A stretch of DNA of 64,000 bases from Nitrosopumilus sp. (GTDB taxonomy: Archaea; Thermoproteota; Nitrososphaeria; Nitrososphaerales; Nitrosopumilaceae), in the NCBI GenBank assembly GCA_965204345.1, contig OZ241981.1:672001-736000 (forward strand), read 5' to 3'. Position numbers and translations under genes: made by a program. Below, piece after piece: positions 50,953-61,831 of the stretch (positions are counted from its first letter, which is position 1; the number at the start of each line of letters is the position of its first letter). The notes beneath the pieces were generated by a model. The model was not told the origin of the DNA, ran no database searches, and worked only from the letters and a program-made list of their open reading frames with translations.

Positions 50953-51154
50953 TTTGTTTTTTAATAATTTGTAATCTTTGAACAATAGATTTGTGTTGTT
51001 TGGTAAGTTCTTCTCTTTCACAGTGTAAAATTTTTTTATCTATTTTAGGATTTGATGTAAGACCACAATAAACCTCTTTTCTTTGTCTATCTTCATAATA
51101 TACATAATAAACATATTTTTTATTTCCACGTTGACGTATAATTTTAGAACCCAT
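50945..51154 (-). CDS. Small basic beta-sheet + coiled-coil protein leading the R-M operon
   Basis: [27 protein letters not shown]; its stop overlaps the MTase TTG start. Confidence 0.6.
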   Translation of the reverse strand: MGSKIIRQRGNKKYVYYVYYEDRQRKEVYCGLTSNPKIDKKILHCEREELTKQHKSIVQRLQIIKKQIG

Positions 51155-51397
51155 TAATGTAAAGAAATTATATCACTATATTAACATTTATGCCCATAAT
51201 TTATTGGTATAAATTTATATTGTATCCAATTAAATATTGATACGAATCAAAGAACGAGAAAACAAATGATGAAAATAAGAGATGAGAGATCGATATACTA
51301 GTTTACGGAATCAAATGCTATAATTGGATTCAATAAAGATCAGATTAGTTAATTACACAATAAGACTTCAAAATCAATTATCTAGCATGAAAAAGAT

Positions 51398-54300
51398 TTA
51401 GAGAAGTTCCTTGTATTCATTATAGTTTAATTCTCCCAAATAATGAATTAGAGACTTTGTTTTATCTACTACGTCTTTCTTGTTACTTTTAATGAGAATA
51501 CCTAGGATTTTTTTAGAATTTCTACCTAATATGTAAGGAGCCTCTACATCTTTTGTATCCTGTTTTATCAACAACTCCAAACAGCTAACAGTCTGTAATG
51601 GATGAGATTTGGCATATGGTTCTAGATTATCAACTAGATCAAATGGGAGACTGAGAGAAGCATCAAACTTTTTCAGTGAATTGAGAACTAGTTTTATAGT
51701 TTCATCTTTTTCAAATGGAGTATATTCTAACCATCGACCAATGTCCTCATTAGCAGATAATTTACTTTCCTTCCATATCTTTCTCATCACTTCAGTATCA
51801 AAAGACTTGCTTGGATCTTCTTTTTGTTCTTGTAATATCCATCCAATGAACGAAGCACAATGAGATGATACTTTTTTATTATCATATCTTAGCAACTCAT
51901 TGAACAGTGTTTCACTTCCTTTTATACTACGGAAATATGCCAATGTCACATGTTGAATTAATCTTTCATCAAATTCCCACAATACTCCTTCTTGCTTTAG
52001 TTGAAGATCATTGAATGTTTGAATATGTTTGTAATAGTTGTCATAGACTACATCAAATAGATGCGGATATACACTATTCAAAAGATAAGCATCCCATGCA
52101 GCTATGTTTAGTTTTTCTTGTTTGTGTTTAAACAAATTTGAAAGATTTTTTATTGTCCATTTTTTATCAAAAAAGAACAAAGTAGGAAGTTGAAATCCCA
52201 ATACTGCATGTACAGATATTGAGTTAGAAATTTTATTGGCAAAATAATTTGATAATACCTTTTTTACTTCTGTAACAAATACTGGGTTTTTGTTCTTTTT
52301 TAGGTGTTCATGACACCATATAGCATATTCAATAATGGCATGAAATGTATTTCCAGTTAAAGTGTTTATAGATATTCCATAAGAGTCCCACTGTTCGTCA
52401 GGATATCTTTCATCCCAAGAGCTTTTGTCCTCAAATATTGCCAGCAATTCTAGCAATTCCCAGACAGTTTTTCTTAAATCAAAACCAATAGAATTTTCCT
52501 GAAGACCTAACTGCAAAACACCAGCTATGTAGTCTAATATCTCAAAATCTCTTGTTTTGGAATATTTGTTCTTCTTTGTTGATTCAATAATGGATTTGCA
52601 CAAAGATAACACGGGATTCCATTCAATTTTCTTGTCATTTTTCTTTATGACTTCCTCTAACCCACGAAACAGACTACGAGAAAACACAGGGTTTACAGTT
52701 TGTAAATCAAGAGATCGTCTAGAAAATTCCGCAGGATAACTTTCGACATATTCTTGGAATTTGGATGCAGTGCCATCATGATAACCAAAGGTTTTCTCGT
52801 CAGGAATATAGGATTTTATGAACAAAAATACTTGCTCTGTATCTAAACCATCTATTAAATCAGTTAACGGTTCACTTCTTTTTACTCGAGAGGATCTAAA
52901 ACGAAAGTCTGGGATGGATGGATGACCTACCTCTCTGACTAGTTCATCGAATTGATGTTTTCGTTTTTCTGTAAGATGTTCTGAAATGGGTTCTAACTTG
53001 GCTACCTTCCATCTTTTGAGACGCTTTTTTGCATAATCTTTCTGTTGGAATTTCTCATATTCTTTCCAAGCATCTAGTAATTCTTTTTTGGGTCCTTTTT
53101 CCACTAGCTCAAAGTATTTCTGTCTAGTATTCTTGGATACTTTTAGAAAATTCTCTTTTAATAAATGAAAATATTCGTGAATGAGATTCGAGTTGTCAAA
53201 GTCTTGAATAATGGCCTGCTCAATCTCTTTTTTGAAATGTTTGAAAAATTTTCTGTAGATGTGAAGTTCCAGTCTTCTAAAAATTGGATATGTCTTTTTA
53301 CCAAGTAGTGCAAGCTCTTTTTTAATCACAGGCATTGATCTGTGATCCTCACTAACAAGAAATTTTCCAAGGAGTCCTACTAACAATGACTTGAAATCGA
53401 GATCAAAGTTTTGTTCATGATCATCTATTGAGGATCTCCATGTAACAGATGTGTCATCTTTTGATTCCTTTTCATTTCGTCCAACATTGTCTAGATAGAT
53501 TATTTTGTTAAGTAACGTAATTAAAAGATCAATAACAGATAAAGGAAATTTCTCAAACAGGAATGGAATGTCACTTTTGAGTATTGTTTTATAGTCACGA
53601 TAATTCAAAACAGGTTTTACGTCTCGTTCTATTTTATGTTTATTTGGAATATATCTTCCTTGATATACAGGATTCCCTAACGTTACATCAAGTAAGATTC
53701 TGCACAATTCAAGTGATTCTTTTTCGTAACCATCATGCGCCAGCTTCATCATCAACTCGGCCATAGTTTGTCCAAGCAAAGTATAGTATGGAATATCAAT
53801 CCAGTTCTCTTTTACGATCTTAGGTACAAGCATCTTGCCATATTTTGTAGGCATGTTAATTGTAGCATTTGTAAGATCGTCCAAAATCCAAGGATTTCTT
53901 TTTGCTTTCTCTTTAGGAAAACTAATGTTTTGAATTATTTTTACTATTTGCTGTGGTTTCTTATTAGATATTCTTGCAAGATATTTTCCAGGTTTCCAAA
54001 CAGGAAATCCGATTCCATTTGAATCCATTATGATGTGTTCTGGATTCTCAAAGTGTTTTTCCCTTACTAGAAACGGTAGCCAATCACCAGACGCTCTTTG
54101 AAAGAAATAGTCGTATGATGAACGATTACGTGCAAGGAGAGGTCTTAGCTTTTTAAAATTATTTTTAGTGGGTTTTTCTTTATCTAGAATTGTATCTATA
54201 TCTTGTATGACTTCAAAATGTGGTTTTATAATGTGTCCTAAAAGAGATTCTAGATCTCCAAGTTTTTCCCTATATTGCATTTCTGTTGGATATAGACCAT

Positions 54301-54643
54301 GGTGAGAAACACGTACAAACCAATCATTATGAATCTTAAGTAGGTCATCATATAGATAATGCACAACCTCAGGTGTTCCACCTAGAGGATCCATGCTGTC
54401 CATTAGTCTCTTTTTGTGGTTGCCTTTCTGCTTTGGAACCTTAGAAAGAATACCAGATTCTTTAATTTCTTTAACTCTTGACAATAAAATAACCAATTCT
54501 CTAATGGAGTGAGCAGATTGCGCAATTTTTTCGGAATAATCTTGCTCTAGAACGGTAATTGCTCCCCAATAGGATTCAGCAATTTTTGAATCAATATTAT
54601 GCAGATCTTCTAAAAGTTTCTCTTGTTTTTGTGATATTGCCAC
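51398..54643 (-). CDS. 1081-aa protein: N-terminal HEPN-like domain plus long helical region; candidate defence protein
   Basis: Intact ORF. N-terminal YWGAITVL...AQSAHSIREL...FVRVSHHG. No P-loop or TM segments seen. Confidence 0.75.
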   Translation of the reverse strand: MAISQKQEKLLEDLHNIDSKIAESYWGAITVLEQDYSEKIAQSAHSIRELVILLSRVKEIKESGILSKVPKQKGNHKKRLMDSMDPLGGTPEVVHYLYDDLLKIHNDWFVRVSHHGLYPTEMQYREKLGDLESLLGHIIKPHFEVIQDIDTILDKEKPTKNNFKKLRPLLARNRSSYDYFFQRASGDWLPFLVREKHFENPEHIIMDSNGIGFPVWKPGKYLARISNKKPQQIVKIIQNISFPKEKAKRNPWILDDLTNATINMPTKYGKMLVPKIVKENWIDIPYYTLLGQTMAELMMKLAHDGYEKESLELCRILLDVTLGNPVYQGRYIPNKHKIERDVKPVLNYRDYKTILKSDIPFLFEKFPLSVIDLLITLLNKIIYLDNVGRNEKESKDDTSVTWRSSIDDHEQNFDLDFKSLLVGLLGKFLVSEDHRSMPVIKKELALLGKKTYPIFRRLELHIYRKFFKHFKKEIEQAIIQDFDNSNLIHEYFHLLKENFLKVSKNTRQKYFELVEKGPKKELLDAWKEYEKFQQKDYAKKRLKRWKVAKLEPISEHLTEKRKHQFDELVREVGHPSIPDFRFRSSRVKRSEPLTDLIDGLDTEQVFLFIKSYIPDEKTFGYHDGTASKFQEYVESYPAEFSRRSLDLQTVNPVFSRSLFRGLEEVIKKNDKKIEWNPVLSLCKSIIESTKKNKYSKTRDFEILDYIAGVLQLGLQENSIGFDLRKTVWELLELLAIFEDKSSWDERYPDEQWDSYGISINTLTGNTFHAIIEYAIWCHEHLKKNKNPVFVTEVKKVLSNYFANKISNSISVHAVLGFQLPTLFFFDKKWTIKNLSNLFKHKQEKLNIAAWDAYLLNSVYPHLFDVVYDNYYKHIQTFNDLQLKQEGVLWEFDERLIQHVTLAYFRSIKGSETLFNELLRYDNKKVSSHCASFIGWILQEQKEDPSKSFDTEVMRKIWKESKLSANEDIGRWLEYTPFEKDETIKLVLNSLKKFDASLSLPFDLVDNLEPYAKSHPLQTVSCLELLIKQDTKDVEAPYILGRNSKKILGILIKSNKKDVVDKTKSLIHYLGELNYNEYKELL

Positions 54644-54942
54644 ATTGTATGATTATCTAAGATACATTTAATGATAAAGATCAAAATTTGCCAGTCCTGT
54701 TTTGACACATTTCTAATAATTTCACGATTATGAAATTTAGAGTCAGTTACTCTACCATTTTTTCTTATAAAAGACATATAGAATAGATACAATCGTTTGA
54801 TACCAAAATTTCGTCACAAAGGTGAGAAATTTTAAAATATTTTTCAAAATTATTGCTATCCAATAATAACAACAACATACACAATCAAACTAAAGAAAAT
54901 TGTATTTAGATCAGATAAATCCGTGCAATTTATTCAGAACTA

Positions 54943-55629
54943 CTATGTCTGAATTTCAGATTTTCGCTGAATCTCAAACTTTCTCTTAAACAAAAACCCA
55001 ACTACAATGGTTCCAACATAGGGGGCAGTCCAATAAAGCCACAGATGCTCAAGGGTCCCAGACAGCAATGCGGGGGCCAGTGCCCGAGCAGGATTCATGG
55101 ATGCATCAGAGATAAAGGCCAAAAACAGGATATCGAGCCCCACAATTCCGCCAATGGCCACGCCGCTAAACCCCTTCAAACCTTTAGTATACACAACATA
55201 AAAAATCACGCCCATCAGCATTGCAGAAGCTAGGACTTCAACTGGAAAAATCACAAGTATCGAAAAGTCAGGATTTGGGGCATTTGCCCCAAGATTTGCA
55301 TCATCTCCAACAAACATCAAAACAAAAAGAGAGCCCAAAAATGCACCAGTTATCTCTGCTGCAAAATAGTAGACAGCCTGAATCTTTGATATGTGACCCG
55401 TAATGTAGTATCCAACAGTTACTGCAGGATTAAAATGGGCAAGGGATATCCTGCCAAAGGAATACACGCCAATTAATAATGCCAAGAATGGAGCCAAAGC
55501 CGCAAAAGGAATTCCAAGCGTGCCATCAAAGACTTTTGCATCATACACTATGAAACCAGTCGCAAAGGCTACAAGAATAAAAGTACCAGCTAGTTCAACT
55601 GTAAAGATTTGCAGGTTTGACCAAGCCAT
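54943..55629 (-). CDS. MIP/aquaporin family channel (arsenic-operon associated)
   Basis: ELAGTF, HFNPAVT, SMNPARA, WLYWTAP. Confidence 0.93.
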   Translation of the reverse strand: MAWSNLQIFTVELAGTFILVAFATGFIVYDAKVFDGTLGIPFAALAPFLALLIGVYSFGRISLAHFNPAVTVGYYITGHISKIQAVYYFAAEITGAFLGSLFVLMFVGDDANLGANAPNPDFSILVIFPVEVLASAMLMGVIFYVVYTKGLKGFSGVAIGGIVGLDILFLAFISDASMNPARALAPALLSGTLEHLWLYWTAPYVGTIVVGFLFKRKFEIQRKSEIQT

Positions 55630-56027
55630 TATTTGCTCTCTAAATTTTTTATCAGGTTCATCACCTCATCTTTTATTTGATCACGAATATCCCTGATTTG
55701 ATCAAGTTCTTCTTGTACTTTGGGATCAGTAATATTCCAATCAATTACGTCACTTGCAAACAATGCAGGACAGGATTTGCTATCCATACACCCCATGTTT
55801 ATCGTAATAGACTGGGATATCATCTCATCAGTAAGTTCTTTTGGCTTTTGACGTGTAATGTCAATTCCAATTTCATGCATCACCTTTACTACTTTTGGAT
55901 CAAGTTCGGATTGTGGCCGGGTGCCTGCACTTGTGACATCCAATCCGGGGGCATATTTTCGCAAAAATCCCTCAGCCATTTGGCTTCGCCTGGCATTCTC
56001 AACACAGACAAAAAGAATCTTTTTCAT
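55629..56027 (-). CDS. arsC: Arsenate reductase, LMW-PTP fold
   Basis: FVCVENARRSQMAEG (CX5R), SAGT, MGC...CP, DW...DP. Confidence 0.88.
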   Translation of the reverse strand: MKKILFVCVENARRSQMAEGFLRKYAPGLDVTSAGTRPQSELDPKVVKVMHEIGIDITRQKPKELTDEMISQSITINMGCMDSKSCPALFASDVIDWNITDPKVQEELDQIRDIRDQIKDEVMNLIKNLESK

Positions 56028-56043
56028 ATCTCAAAAAAAAAAA

Positions 56044-56415
56044 TCATGTTATGTTACTGCCTTTACTAAGACTGGAAATTCTTCTGCCATTAACTTTTGC
56101 ATCATTTAAACATGCTCTATCTTCTGATACCTCGATTTTCTCAAATTCTGCTTGTATAATGTGTGATACATAACCCACTTTTGCAAGTATCTCGTTTGGA
56201 CTGACACGATTAATTGGAACATCACGCCTGATATCCAAAATTGCCTCTTGTGGGATTAATTGAAAATTATTTTGATTATGACACATCAGTTCTGTTGCAT
56301 CAATTAAAAGGCCTTCACTGTGAGGTTCTTCAGGCATATAATAGCAATCAGCATTTTCAGCTGCCACCATCTCAGAATACTCTTTTTTAATATCGCCTTT
56401 AACTGAATCTTTCAC
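56044..56415 (-). pseudogene. Probable internally deleted arsenite methyltransferase remnant
   Basis: DIKKEYSEMV N-terminus and FEKIEV...GRRISSL C-terminus, with no SAM motif; located upstream of arsC. Confidence 0.4.
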
Positions 56416-56450
56416 GTTATGGTTTACTAGGTAAACTATTAAAGTTCTAA

Positions 56451-56855
56451 GTGCAAGACATTACAGCTAGTGCAATTATGGAAACCAATAAAAAAAGACT
56501 GCCTGTCATTAAAAACAGATGTGAGTTTACAGGATACGATGCAACAAAACTTTTGAGGGAGACCTCAAAGATTAGAAAGCTAATTACAAAAAGGGCAACA
56601 CTAGAGATTTTGTTTCCACTGTGCTGCACTGTCAAACCCGTAAGACACAAGCAGTTCAAAGAGTCACTCAAGGGAATAAGCAGCAAAACGTTATCTACCA
56701 GGCTATCAGAGCTTGTCTCAGAAGGAATACTGGAACGGCAGACATTTGCAGAGGTGCCCCCACGTGTGGAATACAGATTAACTAGCAAGGGCCAGGAACT
56801 AGTCGAGTCAATCTCCAACCTGCTTGATTGGATGCAAAAATGGTCCAAAAAATAA
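56451..56855 (+). CDS. HxlR-family wHTH regulator
   Basis: GISSKTLSTRLSEL...ERQTFAEVPPRVEYRLTSKGQEL. Confidence 0.9.
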   Translation: MQDITASAIMETNKKRLPVIKNRCEFTGYDATKLLRETSKIRKLITKRATLEILFPLCCTVKPVRHKQFKESLKGISSKTLSTRLSELVSEGILERQTFAEVPPRVEYRLTSKGQELVESISNLLDWMQKWSKK

Positions 56856-56873
56856 CTATTACTAATCAGGCGC

Positions 56874-57179
56874 TCACTCAAATTTCTCAGTACGCACTAC
56901 GCCAACATCACTGACATACAGAACTATTGCAAAGTTTGCAAACAATGTTCTTGAGATCTCCTCCACAATGTCTTGCAGTTTCTCCTCACGCATGATCACC
57001 TCGACTTTGACGTTTTTTTCAGTCTCCAGTCCCTGTCCGCGAATACCGCGTGCGCCATTTCCGTCAACCTGATATGTTGTATATCCGGTAATCTTGTGCT
57101 TTTTGAGAATCTCAATGATATTGTCTTGTGCCAAGATTTCACAGGTTATCGTAAGCAGCTTGACGTTGTACAGCTTCAC
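56874..57179 (-). CDS. sbtB: P-II-like regulator SbtB
   Basis: KLLTITCE...ITGYT...GNGARG...NVKVEVI...VVRTEKF; overlaps sbtA. Confidence 0.85.
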   Translation of the reverse strand: MKLYNVKLLTITCEILAQDNIIEILKKHKITGYTTYQVDGNGARGIRGQGLETEKNVKVEVIMREEKLQDIVEEISRTLFANFAIVLYVSDVGVVRTEKFE

Positions 57180-58267
57180 AGAAATCCTCCCGTAACATAG
57201 TTGATAAAGTCTACCGTTTCCACGCCTCCTCCTCCTGCATGAACAAGTGTAGATATTGTAAACAGAATTGGCAGCGTAACAATAATGTTAAACGGAAAGG
57301 TTATTCCCAAGGCAGACGTGATGTACAGGCTGGGCTTTGCCTGAGGGATTGCATGGCGCAGTACGGCAGGAGCTGCAATAAATGAGGCACTAGCCATCAG
57401 CAGCCCAAACATTACTGCGCCCCCAACGCTTAGTCCCAGTGCAGTTGCAACTAGTACACCTACGGTACCATTAAACAGTGGCACAAGTATTGCAAATGCA
57501 GTAAGAAAGACACCAACCTTTTTGATGTCATCTAGTCTCTGGCCTGCAATTATGCCCATCTCAATCATGAAAATTACGATTGCCCCGGTAAACATATCAT
57601 CAAATACTATCCTGATTGACTCAAAGCCCTCCTTGCCAATTATGTAGCCTATTACGATGCTGCCAAGAAGAATTACGATTGCCTTTCCGGTGATGGACTC
57701 GCGCAGGACCTTGGATAAGTTAGTCTTTGTCTGTCCCAAACTGACATCAATATCAGAACCTGAATCTGCAAAAGACTGCTTTTTTGTCTTGATCTGCTTT
57801 GATACTGCCATGTTTGTCATAAATATTGCCAGGATAAATGCAAGGGGCTCTAGTACTGCAAGGATTGCAGCAATGTATCCTTCTGATGTCACCCCCTGGT
57901 TTTTCAAAAATGACAGGCCCACAGAAAAGTGGACGGCACCTACTGCGCCATAAGTTGATGCAAGGGCATAAGAGTCAAAGAGATTAAACTTGCCAAGTCT
58001 TTTGAGAATTTGATAGTGGTTTAGCGTAAATAACAATGAGAGGCCTATTGCAGCTAGCATTGGAATCAGCATGTTTTCAAATCCGGTGTTTCTCATCTCT
58101 ACTCCTCCATGAAGCCCTATTGCGGCAAGAAGATAGATTGGCAGAAATTCCGAGATTGCCTCTGGTATCCTCAGGTCAGACTTTATCCGGGCAGCAATAA
58201 TTCCAAAGAGAAAGAACAGGATTATCGGAGTAAGCAGGTTTGCCTGAATTAGCTGTAATATGTCCAT
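57176..58267 (-). CDS. sbtA: Sodium-dependent bicarbonate transporter family permease
   Basis: KSDLRIPEAI, YLLAAIGLHGG, EMGIIAG, ASASFIAAPA, SALGITFPFNI. Confidence 0.9.
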   Translation of the reverse strand: MDILQLIQANLLTPIILFFLFGIIAARIKSDLRIPEAISEFLPIYLLAAIGLHGGVEMRNTGFENMLIPMLAAIGLSLLFTLNHYQILKRLGKFNLFDSYALASTYGAVGAVHFSVGLSFLKNQGVTSEGYIAAILAVLEPLAFILAIFMTNMAVSKQIKTKKQSFADSGSDIDVSLGQTKTNLSKVLRESITGKAIVILLGSIVIGYIIGKEGFESIRIVFDDMFTGAIVIFMIEMGIIAGQRLDDIKKVGVFLTAFAILVPLFNGTVGVLVATALGLSVGGAVMFGLLMASASFIAAPAVLRHAIPQAKPSLYITSALGITFPFNIIVTLPILFTISTLVHAGGGGVETVDFINYVTGGFL

Positions 58268-58303
58268 CTAATGTATATCAAAAAATTTCAGCTAGAATAA
58301 AAA

Positions 58304-58972
58304 TCAAGGCATCCCCAACTGCTTTGTATGTGAGGCTATTCGGGCATCGCTGGGCCTGTGCTTTCCGGTTACGATATAATTAATTGCATCACTCATAAAG
58401 ACGGCATGATCACCTATTCGCTCCAGGTACCTCAAAAGCAGGGCCTCAGCCAATGCACACTTTGTGTTCTTTGACTCTATTAGTTTTGGAAGCCTCTCCT
58501 TGTAGATTCTGTCAATGACCTTTTCATCCTCACGAATCTTGATTGCCTTTCTTACGTCAAGCTCGGCAAATGACATGACTGCCTCTTTTATCATGTGCTT
58601 GACCTTTTTGGTTGACTCTACAAGGGATGCGTTGGTGCACTCTGAGACATCGCCAAACAGGTCGCGGACCTGTGTAATATCGTATGCATACCTCCCAAAT
58701 CTGGAGAACGCATACGATATTTCAGTAGAGGAGCGGATAAACCTAAAGTCATCTGCGACTGGCTGATACTTTAAGAGCATGTCAAATGTCAGGTCTTCGA
58801 CCTCGTAATACTTTGTACGAATAGAGTCAGAGAGTGCAAGGACCTTATCCATGGTATTTGTGCCATCAAGATACGAGTGAATTGCAAGGGATATTGACTC
58901 GATAACCATATCGCCCATCTCTGCCATGATAAATGAGAGCTTTTGCAGTGATGGGTCTATCAGGCGGGCCAT
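58304..58972 (-). CDS. phoU: Phosphate uptake regulator
   Basis: YQPVADDFRFI, RYLERIGDHA; follows pstB. Confidence 0.92.
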   Translation of the reverse strand: MARLIDPSLQKLSFIMAEMGDMVIESISLAIHSYLDGTNTMDKVLALSDSIRTKYYEVEDLTFDMLLKYQPVADDFRFIRSSTEISYAFSRFGRYAYDITQVRDLFGDVSECTNASLVESTKKVKHMIKEAVMSFAELDVRKAIKIREDEKVIDRIYKERLPKLIESKNTKCALAEALLLRYLERIGDHAVFMSDAINYIVTGKHRPSDARIASHTKQLGMP

Positions 58973-59811
58973 TAGCCAAACTGTCCCTGAACGTACTTTG
59001 CAGTCAGATCGTTTTTGGGATCAGTAAACAGCTTCTTGGTCTCTCGAAACTCAATCAAATCTCCAAGGTACATAAAGCCAGTATAGTCTGATACCCTGAC
59101 TGCCTGCTGCATGTTGTGTGTTACAATAATTATGGTGTATTCCTTTTTTAGCTCAGTTATAGTCTCCTCTATCTTCTGAGTCGCAATGGGGTCAAGTGCA
59201 GATGCAGGCTCGTCCATCAGCAGGACCTCAGGCTGGATGGCAAGTGCACGTGCAATGCAGAGGCGCTGCTGCTGGCCTCCTGACAGCTCAATGGCGGATT
59301 TTTTCAGGTCGTGCTTTACCTCGTCCCACAGATATGCCATCCTCAGCGAATCCTCAACGATCTCATTTAGGATTTTTTTGTCTCGGACTCCGTTAAGCTT
59401 TAGGCCAGCTGTTACATTGTCATAGATTGACATTGTCGGAAAGGGGTTTGGCTTTTGAAAGACCATGCCGACTTTTCTTCTGTGATATATTGGATCAATG
59501 GACTTGTCATAAAGATCAATGTTGTCAATCATAACCTTGCCATCAACGCGGGCATTCTTTGTCATGTCATGCATGCGGTTAAGGCACCGAAGAAAGGTGG
59601 TCTTGCCACATCCGGACGGGCCAATCAGTGCAGTGACTGACTTTTCCTTGAACTTCATCGTAATGTCTTTCACAGCTTTTATGCCATCATAGCTGATTGT
59701 GACATTTTCTGCAATCATCTTGTATTTTATAGAGTCAGCCGCAGGTGATGGGGGAGGATCAAGTGGGATATGGGATTCCATGTCACTGGTTTTAACACTC
59801 AACGCTGTCAA
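58972..59811 (-). CDS. pstB: Phosphate ABC transporter ATPase
   Basis: [48 protein letters not shown]. Confidence 0.97.
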   Translation of the reverse strand: MTALSVKTSDMESHIPLDPPPSPAADSIKYKMIAENVTISYDGIKAVKDITMKFKEKSVTALIGPSGCGKTTFLRCLNRMHDMTKNARVDGKVMIDNIDLYDKSIDPIYHRRKVGMVFQKPNPFPTMSIYDNVTAGLKLNGVRDKKILNEIVEDSLRMAYLWDEVKHDLKKSAIELSGGQQQRLCIARALAIQPEVLLMDEPASALDPIATQKIEETITELKKEYTIIIVTHNMQQAVRVSDYTGFMYLGDLIEFRETKKLFTDPKNDLTAKYVQGQFG

Positions 59812-60740
59812 TTTTTAGCATGCATCCCTTTTTTAACTAATTGTCCCAATAGCCCGTTTTTGCGGTTTCTGCCTGCAAAAAAGTAGCGAACGCCAAGGTT
59901 GATTGCCAGAATAATTATTATTAGCACTAGTGCTGAGCCCCATCCCTGCAGCTGGGCACTGTCATAAGGCAAAAGGGACAGCCGCCATATTCTTAGTGGC
60001 AGGGCATCCATTGGGACATCCATGCCGCTAAAGAACTGGCTGCTGCCAAGTATGGTCATAATTAACGGGGCAGTCTCTCCGCCTATCCTAGAGACAGAGA
60101 GCAGGATTCCAGTTATCATCCCGTTTTTGGCAGCAGAGACTATAATTCTAAAGGTAATTACCCATTTTTTTAGGCCCAAAGCGGTTCCTGCCTCACGGTA
60201 TGTGGTGGGCACCATCTTTAGGGACTCTTCGGTGGTCCTAGCTACAATTGGAAACATAATCAGGGACAGTGCAAATGCTCCTGCCCATACAGAGAAATGC
60301 CCAAGAATCAAAACAATAACCAGGAATGCAAAGATTCCAATGACAATGGATGGAAACTCCATAAAGACATCATTGAAGAACCTTATGGTTCTTGCAAGTC
60401 TGTTATCGCCATACTCTGAAAGATAAATGCCTGACATTACCCCGATTGGAACGCCAATCAGGCTTGAGAGACCGATTATTATCAGGGTACCCTGAATGGC
60501 AGGCCCGATTCCTCCTTCACCCGAGCCGATGGCACCAGGGGTCTCTGTCAAAAATTCGTAGCTTATTGCAGCGGCACCATTTTTGAAGACCTCTACTAGT
60601 ATTCCGCCAAGCGGAATAATTGCAATTATCACACAGGAAAAAACAATGATTCTAACAATCTTGTCCACCAAGAGTCGCTTCTCTACATTGTGCTTGAAGA
60701 GGTTGCGATATTCCTGTCTGCGCTGTATGGTAGTGGTCAA
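59808..60740 (-). CDS. pstA: Phosphate ABC transporter permease
   Basis: [30 protein letters not shown]. Confidence 0.95.
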   Translation of the reverse strand: MTTTIQRRQEYRNLFKHNVEKRLLVDKIVRIIVFSCVIIAIIPLGGILVEVFKNGAAAISYEFLTETPGAIGSGEGGIGPAIQGTLIIIGLSSLIGVPIGVMSGIYLSEYGDNRLARTIRFFNDVFMEFPSIVIGIFAFLVIVLILGHFSVWAGAFALSLIMFPIVARTTEESLKMVPTTYREAGTALGLKKWVITFRIIVSAAKNGMITGILLSVSRIGGETAPLIMTILGSSQFFSGMDVPMDALPLRIWRLSLLPYDSAQLQGWGSALVLIIIILAINLGVRYFFAGRNRKNGLLGQLVKKGMHAKN

Positions 60741-61714
60741 TTATTAATTGCCCCCTCTTTGACCTTGAGCATCCTGGTAACCAAAAGATGGGCAACCACG
60801 TTTATTGCCATTGCAATGAGCAGCAAAACCAGCGCAGTGGCAATTAGCGCAGGAAGGTGCAGTGATGCAGGGGAGGCCTCTACAAACTCATTTGCAATTA
60901 TGCTTGGCATCGTCTGGCTGGGCTCAAAGAAGGAGTTTGGAATGGCTGCAATGCCGGTTGCATTTCCAATCAGCATGGTTACTGCCATGGTCTCCCCAAC
61001 TGCCCTGCCCAGCCCAAGGATGGATGCGCCAATCAGTCCGGTCTTTGAATAAGGAAACACTGCAAGCTTGAACATCTCCCACTTTGTTGCACCCAGCATG
61101 TATGCTGCCTCCTTTTGCTGCTGGGGCACTGCCTTCATCACTTCACGGGATACGGCAGAGACGGTGGGAATAATCATGATGGCAAGAATCACGCTTGCAG
61201 TAAGAATATCAAGTCCAAAGGGGGTTGCAGAGAACAGCCAGATTGATTCCCCAAACAGGTCATGCAGTGGCTGCTCTACCCAGTCCTTAAAATAAATTCT
61301 AAAGACAAACAGGCCCCACAGGCCATAAATTACACTTGGAACAGCAGCCAAAAGCTCGACTATAAATCCCAGCGGGCCGCCAATCTTTGCAGGGGCATCT
61401 GAGATAAACATTGCAATTCCAATGCTTAGTGGAACGCCAATTAGCATTGCAAGCGATGCAGTAACTAGCGTACCCAGAATGTATGGCAGGACGCCAAAGG
61501 ATTCCCTGCCCTCAACTGCATTCCAGTCAGTCTTTGTAATAAAGGACAATCCGTCTTCCTCCCAGATGGGATAGGACTCAACTACCAGCTGAAAGACCAG
61601 CAAGACAATCATCACCAGGACATAGACGCCTGCAACTGTGGCACCGACCTTGAACATTTTATCAGAGACGGATCTTCTCTTGGGCTTTTTAGACTTTAGA
61701 TTGACTTTGCCCAT
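60737..61714 (-). CDS. pstC: Phosphate ABC transporter permease
   Basis: ELLAAVPSVIYGLWG, LGATKWE, GRAVGETMAV. Confidence 0.95.
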   Translation of the reverse strand: MGKVNLKSKKPKRRSVSDKMFKVGATVAGVYVLVMIVLLVFQLVVESYPIWEEDGLSFITKTDWNAVEGRESFGVLPYILGTLVTASLAMLIGVPLSIGIAMFISDAPAKIGGPLGFIVELLAAVPSVIYGLWGLFVFRIYFKDWVEQPLHDLFGESIWLFSATPFGLDILTASVILAIMIIPTVSAVSREVMKAVPQQQKEAAYMLGATKWEMFKLAVFPYSKTGLIGASILGLGRAVGETMAVTMLIGNATGIAAIPNSFFEPSQTMPSIIANEFVEASPASLHLPALIATALVLLLIAMAINVVAHLLVTRMLKVKEGAINN

Positions 61715-61831
61715 ACAGTTAGGCTCAAAAATAGGAATATCTAAGGGATCATTATATTATATGTGAAAAATATAGTTCAATATAGATTTGGAAATACTCA
61801 CATAGTTAATAAAAATAAAGAGGGATTTGGA

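Noticed and set aside
24067-54940. attR copy of the tRNA-Val 3' end closing the island
   Set aside because: I found no second GGGTTCAAATCCCATCCGGTCCA-like sequence by eye, so the right border is inferred only from composition and gene content.
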